From NCBI RefSeq assembly GCF_000150275.1, contig NW_002060962.1:861205-925204 (forward strand): 64,000 nucleotides of DNA, written 5' to 3'. The notes under the pieces are model-generated. The model saw nothing but the letters and a program-made list of their open reading frames with translations, made no database searches and was not told the origin of the DNA. Positions 55,982 through 64,000 of this stretch are shown here, in pieces; positions within the stretch are counted from its first letter, which is position 1; the number at the start of each line of letters is the position of its first letter. Source of the stretch: Trichoplax adhaerens. Its lineage: Eukaryota > Animalia > Placozoa. The position numbers were made by a program, and so were the translations under genes.

Positions 55982-57459
55982 TACCTCTTAGCTGGAATAT
56001 TTGGAACTATTGTCCATACTAATCAAAGAAATCCTCATTTGGTAGGTTAATGTTTTGTATAGTAAATCAACATAGATCAATTTTAAATTACATAACGGTA
56101 CTTTTAATACGAATGTTCTTAATGGATGCTGGATTTCAAGATCAGGTATTGTAGAGATATCTAGCTCATCAGCTACGTTCAAAAATTTCTAAGTATTAGC
56201 TTATTTTTGATATTTTAAGTATTTTTTATGTTATCATGGTAATATAGTTACCGTAGCTATTTAAATATTCAAAGGGTTTTCCTCCAGGTTTTCTAGGAAA
56301 AATAAGATGTTGAAAATCTATTTTCACGATTGAATAATCAAATAATCATGTTTTTAATTTTCAGATGCACTGCTATTATGCGTTTTCTATCATCAGCCTC
56401 ATCTTTTCGATTCTTCAATTTGGTATCAGCATTCCAGCTATCATCTATTCGTATTACGGTATTATTTGGCACGCTATTCTTTCATTGGTAATGTCTATCG
56501 TTGGCTTTGCTTTAATAGTGACGATTGTAATTATTTTATCGCGAAACATCTACTGCCAGCCGGGTTTAACGGTACGTACTAACATCTTAGTTGTTGAAGG
56601 TATTCATTTCATGTCAATTGCTTATATTTCTTGACTGTAGTGAAATTGATAAGACTATATTAGCGAAAATTATTTCAATTTGCATTATACATGCGATAAG
56701 GATTTAGATTTTAATTCTGTACCATTAATATATAATAGATTTTACTGTACATATTATCTTTCACTATCAATCAATTTTCCTTAATTTCAACTTATAACAA
56801 CTGGCAATACAGGAATATATTTTATATATTTATTGCTTAGTTGATTTAACAATCAAAAATTATAATTTGTAAAGTATTTTTTTAACGCTATGTGCCCTAC
56901 TTAAACAACATTTAGAATCCGGGAGTTGTGCAATATCATGGTCATCAGCAGGCAGCAACTATTGTGCAATATCAAGGTGGTCAGCAGCGAATGGTAGCAA
57001 TGCAACCTAATCAACCAGGTACGCTATATATTTTTAGAAATAATATTGTAATTAAAACGAAATACTTTATAAGATACAATAATTCTATGATAATAAATAT
57101 ATCTACTTTGATCAAGACTTACAATTTATTGATGTTGTACAGCATTTTTTGGGAGTAGCTTACTAGCATGCTGCTAATATTTTTAGAAAGGTATTTTTAG
57201 CTTTAGTATCAAAAACTAATTGAGATTTTAACTTGCGCTATTCTTATACATATATAATAAAGTTATGGTTATGCAACCTACCCAACCGATATACGTATCA
57301 CAAGCGCCTGGTGGTCAATACCCTGCTGTGCCACCGCAAACAGTAATCAATTCACCTCAAACAACGCAAGTTGTACAACCAGCCCAGCCGATACAGTACC
57401 AGCAAATTCAGGAACTTCCCAAGAAGCAGCCAGCACAACCTTCAGAGGTTTCAATGTAA
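55982..57459 (+). CDS. CD20/MS4A-like copy F, exons 2-5 only; near-identical to E (allele or very recent duplicate)
   Basis: Exons 55982-56041, 56365-56571, 56916-57018, 57263-57459. Only scattered substitutions versus 53225-55197. Flanked by N gaps; exon 1 not visible. Confidence 0.7.
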
Positions 57460-57894
57460 TTGTCGTAACCTTAAGTACAAAAAGTTCACAAATTATTCAA
57501 TAGTATGAATAACCAAATGTGCCACAACCTGGAAAGTCACCGACTACGCAATTAATTAAACTTTTTAATTTATCTATCTGTTCTTTAGATAGTTTTAAGT
57601 TCTATGTTTTAAATTTACATAGTTTTATTGTGTAATTTTATTCGGTGTCTTTAGATTTATCCAGAAATTTAGGATTACTTAAATTTACATTTACACTAAA
57701 TTACTTAAAAGCTGTGATCATAAAAGCGATCACTACATTAGATTCATAATCATATTGTTACTTTAATGACTTTGGTGTACTTATAATGTGGTCGATTAGA
57801 ATTTGCCTCTCTTACTTGATAGCGGCTACTAGCTGATAGCTACAAGATAATAATTTTAAATTATCGTTCTCAAAGACGTTAAGAAAATGTGGTG

Positions 57895-58383
57895 NNNNNN
57901 NNNNNNNNNNNNNNNNNNNNNNNNNNNNNNNNNNNNNNNNNNNNNNNNNNNNNNNNNNNNNNNNNNNNNNNNNNNNNNNNNNNNNNNNNNNNNNNNNNNN
58001 NNNNNNNNNNNNNNNNNNNNNNNNNNNNNNNNNNNNNNNNNNNNNNNNNNNNNNNNNNNNNNNNNNNNNNNNNNNNNNNNNNNNNNNNNNNNNNNNNNNN
58101 NNNNNNNNNNNNNNNNNNNNNNNNNNNNNNNNNNNNNNNNNNNNNNNNNNNNNNNNNNNNNNNNNNNNNNNNNNNNNNNNNNNNNNNNNNNNNNNNNNNN
58201 NNNNNNNNNNNNNNNNNNNNNNNNNNNNNNNNNNNNNNNNNNNNNNNNNNNNNNNNNNNNNNNNNNNNNNNNNNNNNNNNNNNNNNNNNNNNNNNNNNNN
58301 NNNNNNNNNNNNNNNNNNNNNNNNNNNNNNNNNNNNNNNNNNNNNNNNNNNNNNNNNNNNNNNNNNNNNNNNNNNNNNNNNNN
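57895..58383. other. Assembly gap
   Basis: Run of N. Confidence 0.99.
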
Positions 58384-59048
58384 TCTCAGTAAAGGGATAC
58401 ATAGGGCTAAAAATTATTATAAGATAGACGAAATATAATTTCTTTCACCTCATCGGATAATCAAATTTTACTGAAAAGGTTCATTTATTATTTATAGAAG
58501 TTAATCATTTTAAGTTAAGTATTTTTAAGTACTAGTTTACAGACGATGTTAAGTTCTTATAACAATTCATAATTATGCAACTAGTTTCTTAGTTGCTAAC
58601 TATATCTTTTTAGTATTTTAAGGTACATTGCTGATAAGACTCGTTAAAATAGGTATGTATAGGAATCAACCTTAATAGCGCTAACCTATTACGATATAGG
58701 CCCGAAATACTCTATATTTTATATGAATACGATTTCATGGAATCCCTAAATCCCTTGGCACTTTCACCATTTTAAACACTTAATTTTAAGCCGAGCAACA
58801 TGCATATTGCTACATTTATCCTATAAAATAAAGTAAATAGAAAGAAAATTGACTCTGAACTTCAAAAATTCAATACCGTATTAAGGAATGTGAAAATGGA
58901 AGGATTAACTGTTGAATCTAGTTTTCCTAGTAACAACTCCATACCTTAGTGTAAGTTTTTTTAAACACTGATGTATCAAGAGTTATCAATACTATTAGAG
59001 ATACGGCAAGAGAATATGGATAGCATAAGGATTAGCTTGTATTATTAT

Positions 59049-59320
59049 TGTGATGGAGGGTTCGATATCTCGGAGGATTGAGATTTAGTTGCCATTTACA
59101 ATTAGTACACCAATGGGGCAATACGTATATAGTTTTTCATTTTGAACATTCATCATCTTGATGTTGTTCTAATATCTAGTCAAAGTTTTCATAAAGCAGA
59201 GCATTATGCATGAAGAACATAATTTTTTAACTGTAAAGACTACCATATACTCGCAATTATAGATCAAGTTGGTAGGTAAGTCAATGTAACAGAGTTTTAG
59301 GAGAACCTATGTACTATATT
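59049..59320 (-). mobile_element. Degraded inverted copy of the 30.5/43.8-kb solo-LTR family
   Basis: TGTGATGGAGGGTTCGA at 59049 is the exact reverse complement of the 44285-44301 terminus. Internal similarity is patchy and the far boundary is approximate. Confidence 0.5.
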
Positions 59321-60941
59321 TATACTAGGCTATTTTGATTTAAATGCCAATGCTTATATTGGTTGATTTTAGGAAATGCACTGTATTCTTTCACAGAGAG
59401 TTTCCTTCGAGCTGGATTACTAAAAAAGATGATAGGGTCTAGCATTGGTACAGTATAATGGAAGAAACTGAATATTGTACAGTATGGGTAAAATATTTAA
59501 ATTTGATTACAAGGACATAATAAGATGTGTTTGGGTATGAGCTAAATGCCAGAGTTTCTACCGAATTCGCTATTTCGTTCGATTTAAAATTTAATTATGC
59601 TGGCTTATTGCAAAAATGGGGCATTAATTATAAAATACTGGTGTCCTCTTCTGTTTATAACATAATTTTGCGTTCTTTCGATCATACGTATTGCATAATT
59701 ATGCTGAAAGTGAGTTTTTTATTTAAGAGATACAGTATGAAGGTGCAACATCTGAAAATTAAATCTTTTCAAACATCGACAATACGCCCCTTACTTGTGA
59801 AGTCAAGATTCATTCATTAAATATACCTATTGCTATCCTCTACTGCAAAGGAAACATTACTAGCTATAAGCGGTAGATACTAGCCTTTAATTTATTAAGT
59901 CACCGTAAACTATTCTTTCAAGTACGAAGAATTAAAAAATACTTCATTTACTAACATCGAGATGCTTTTCAGATCTCACAAGCCTAGGCAATTTTTGTAA
60001 ACTTATCTAATAAATAAATCTTAAAGTTTGTTAATGGATTAGTTATTAAATTGAGGCCCCATTGCCATTAAAAATTCAGCATTTTAAATATTGTATCCAT
60101 ATACTTGCTTTTTAATTTTCTATTATCACTAACGTGTTTAATTAAAAGGGTTAAATATGGTATTACATAAAACTTGAATATCGAATCATTTCGCTACGGA
60201 GTAATAATGCTTAATGTCTTTGTTATTACGTAAATGCTGTTGTATTTACTGTCAGAACGCAGAGTGCACGTATATTACCAAGCTAAAATGAATCAAGATT
60301 GTAGCTAGAACTTGTGATAAATATTCAGTTTGCAACCAACTGCGAACTTACAATTGCAATCTTTAGCGCTGTTATCGGTAGTTTAATAAATGCTATTAAT
60401 TTCGATACTTACTACGTAGAAGTGAAGTTTATACCGGTACATTGCGGGACGAAGGGTAAAGTATATTATGAAGCCCCGAAATAATAAGCTAATAGCAAGA
60501 ATAGTGTTTTTATAGCTATGGCAATGTAGCAATAAGTTACAGATTGAACTATTTCGTATATTACTGGAATTCACGAGGGCTAACTCTTAGTCAAGAGTTC
60601 GCTAAATATCTCGAAGAAATTATTCCGAAAAGATGTTTTAATCGAGGATTTTTGGTATATTGTAATACTAAAGTAGATGAAGATGGGCTTTATGAAGTTG
60701 AGAAATACGCGTATGCTGCTATTATTATAATAGTTTGCTCGTTCTTCCCTTAAATTAACAATTTAGTAATTTCGTGCTATCATCAGCTATTTTAAGAATA
60801 TTTCCCTGACACGATAATAGAGAGAAGCTAAAACTTCACCTAAATTGACCAGAAATAAAAAAAGAATTAATATATGCGGTAATTAGAACGTTTTTCCAGC
60901 TTTTATCTTCTTAATGGCAAAGTTAACGCAGAAATAATATG

Positions 60942-63900
60942 TCATTTACCAGCGTCAATAATATTTGCCTTGATAGTGTCCCCTTTGAGGTAACATAAAT
61001 ATGCAATAGGAATGATGGCGGCTTCTAGAAGTAACATCAAGACCTTTCTATTTTTATGCTCTACAGTTTGCTTGAGTTGGCGTGTACGTATAGCTGCAGT
61101 AAAATTTCTATCTGTATCTCTAATAGCTTCTTTTGCACCATCCCAAGGATGCGGTCCACATAATCTAAATTGTGACGGTGTACACGGACCAAATATGCAT
61201 CTTAGCGCTAGCTTAGGATCGGTAAAGGCGATAGATAAAAAGTTTGGCTTGCAACCGATTAGGTCGGCGAGCTCATCCATGAACTCTAAATAATCCACCT
61301 AATTCAAATGATTTATATCGACTTCAGTTAAAAAAATATTTTTAGAATTACGATTTAAAATAACTGCGTTTTAAGCGAACCGTATCGCTGTGCAACTAGA
61401 TCACAAATAAAAGAATTAAACTAATTCTTGCAAGCTGGATAGATTTTCTTACCGAATAATTTATAATAATGTTGAATTTATTGTTTTGTTATGATGACGA
61501 CAATATGCTATTAGCTTTTTTTTTGTTATTAATCGAAAAGTAGCAGTAGTAATAATTCACTATTTATCATGCTAGCTCTACGCCCTGGCTAGAGTTGTAA
61601 TTTACTTGTACGATAGTAGTCTAGAAATATATAGTGCATTACTCATTCCTGCTTAACTGCCTTTGGAGTAATTTGAAGTGATTTACGAGTATTTACTTTC
61701 TTGTGTTATCATGCAGTTTTGTACTATTTGATTTATAACTAGCGAATTTTGCTCATGTAGTGAAGTGGTAACATGTATATGATATAAATCAAAATTTATA
61801 AACTCTGAGTTACCTGCATTGTATGTCTAGGCGATTTAACATATATATCAGCTATTTCCCTACGCTTCTTTTCTATATCTGCTAGCATTTCTGCTTGAGA
61901 AGGTAGTTGGCATTTTTTAGTAAAGACTTGGGTAATCCATCGTGCTTGCATTTCTGCCATAGGCATAATTGCGCCTCCTGTTGGCTGAATGAAGCCAACC
62001 ATAGCCAATGTTGCGTGCATATGATCGGGTGGAAATATATATTTGTAAAGATTACAAGTATTATCTTTGACTTCAATAATAGATGAATCCATAAATGGGA
62101 AGCCAAACTTATAACCAGTGCCATAGACAATTGTATCAATATTAGTCTCAGTGGAGCCATCAGCAAATTTGATATCATGTTCACCGATGCAAGTAATATC
62201 ATCTTTAATTTTAATTGATCCGCAGACGATGCGAACTATAATATTAAATGAAAGTATTTTAAAATCATTGATAAATACCTAGAAAGTAGTATAAAATTTA
62301 TTATAGCCGTACGCTACACATCTGCATTGCAGACAACTGTAGCTTGTAATCTATGATTTACTACGAAAAACATTGTCTACCATTTGCATTTAAACTATTG
62401 CTAGCACAGTTATATAGTCAAGTTATCGTTGAAATTAATTATTGTCATAATAAAATTTAGAGATTGAGTGTTTGGTTTGTTTTTATGTGATCAATATTTT
62501 GCAGATATGTATGTGTCAAGGTATTAATTTTTATAAAAGTATTTTTAAGATGATTTAAGTCAATCATGTAGTTATTTCTACGTGTTGAAATTAAGGATGC
62601 AATTAATCACAATATAATCTTCTAAAATCTTGTTAGTCTATATTATTTGGAAACCAGCACAAGCATTCTTATGATCATATTGGCTCAATTATAAAATGAT
62701 TGTTAAAGTCTTCCGCTTCTGTTTGATATCGATACTTTTTGGGGGAATGCTATTACCTGGCAATTCGTCACTAATAGTTTGTTGTTGTGCTAAGGTATGA
62801 TGTGTTGGCCGTAAGCCATATTTATCATGATCGAATCTGCTATTTAAATACTTTTCCAGTATGATTTTCATTATTGATATTGGAATCATGTTTACAAAGC
62901 GGTTGAATTGAAAATCGAAAGGTGTACCGCCGAAACCAATACGTGGAAATATCCATGCTCCACGTCGTGTACTGAGATAAACCTGTGAGCAGTGATGACT
63001 CAATTCGCAAGCAACGTCGACAGCTGAGTTGCCAATTCCAACAACCACAACTCTATCATTTTCGAAACCTATAAAAGATTAAAAATCAGTCTATAAATAC
63101 GGAATATATGCTAAGGTATAGCAGATTATATGAATAGACAACGTTAAGATATTGCACTTTCGGCAATTAAATCATTTATGGACTTCACTTTTTTTTAATA
63201 CGTTAAATTTATTTGCTCGAACGAAGGTAACCTTGGTGATCCTTATAGTCATGGCTGTGCAATTGCTTTCCTTTAAACACATCCATTCCTTTAAATGACG
63301 GCATTCTAGGATCCCAGTGATGTCCTGAGCAAATCATAACACTATCAAATGTTTGTGTGGTCCTTGTAGTTGTAGTGCCTTCAGTGTGGCTGATAGTTAC
63401 ATTCCATCTGCCAGATTTGATGTAATCCTCTGCGGGCCTTATATCATGGACGTACGTCTTGAATTGTATGTACTGATGCAATTTAAATTTTTTGGCATAT
63501 CTTTGAAATATGTATAACAATTTTAAAGATTAGGAATCGATTGGTGAATTTTAATTGCGTTTACTTGGTATACTTAGAATGCTCACGCTGTGCATTAGTT
63601 AATGCTATGGGAAAATTAACACCTATACCATGATTAAAATTAATATGGCTTTCAGAGAAAATTAGCACAACTTCATCATCGAATTAAATAGCATAGTATA
63701 AGAAATATGTTAAACAAGAAAAAGTCTAAGTATGTTGAAATATGATCATTATTTAAATTAGTCTATAGATTGGCTGTGTTAATAATAGCATAGCACTAAC
63801 TAATAGTACTACTAATAATAATTAATATGCAAGGCTTTGTAATTCTTTGATAAGAATATATATCACTCACAGTTCAAAATATTCAATAACACTCCTGTTA

Positions 63901-64000
63901 TGCATAAATGGAGCGAAGTCTTTTGGAACTGGAAAGTCACTGAAACCCATAATTTCTTTACTAGTATTGATGATTGTGGAACGGTAGACAGTTCCACCTT
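60942..64000 (-). CDS. FMO: Flavin-containing monooxygenase (dimethylaniline monooxygenase, vertebrate FMO1-5-like); 5' end outside the window
   Basis: Exons >64000-63871, 63500-63232, 63068-62757, 62235-61814, 61298-60942. Motifs: [22 protein letters not shown] fingerprint [12 protein letters not shown] (FxGxxxHxxxYK), NADPH-binding [15 protein letters not shown], hydrophobic C-terminal anchor. Confidence 0.95.

Noticed and set aside
53476-56182. Repeated 64-aa minus-strand ORF MNVADELD...
   Set aside because: Repeated only because of the E/F duplication; it is antisense to exon 2/intron 2.
46968-57018. RHIM amyloid motif in [IV]QYxG of the D/E/F tails
   Set aside because: The RHIM core is (I/V)Q(I/V/L/C)G; spacing and residues do not match, and the motif is absent from A-C.
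57812-58438. Long ORFs of X residues
   Set aside because: Artefacts of the N gap.

Overview
AT-rich, intron-containing animal genomic DNA with two assembly gaps (55198-55247, 57895-58383). Composition, short introns and gene content suggest an early-branching metazoan such as a placozoan, but this is inference only. The window holds four things. (1) Two paralogous secreted Cys-rich prepropeptide genes (13276-14003, 22489-24378). They have an insulin-superfamily signal-B-C-A layout and a phase-1 intron in the C-peptide, but a non-canonical 8/10-Cys pattern. An orphan copy of the first gene's promoter lies at ~6.2-6.6 kb. (2) A tandem array of five complete and one partial four-TM CD20/MS4A-like genes (27.5-57.5 kb) sharing a 60-bp exon 2 and carrying fast-evolving Q/P-rich tails. 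(3) The 3' part of a flavin-containing monooxygenase on the minus strand (60942-64000). (4) About ten 440-600 bp TG...CA-bounded solo-LTR-like elements, most with 5-bp target-site duplications, including a convergent pair that forms a ~1.1-kb palindrome. Gene models were assembled by hand from GT/AG sites, reading frame and paralog alignment. Most ORFs in the supplied track are single exons running into introns, or are spurious.
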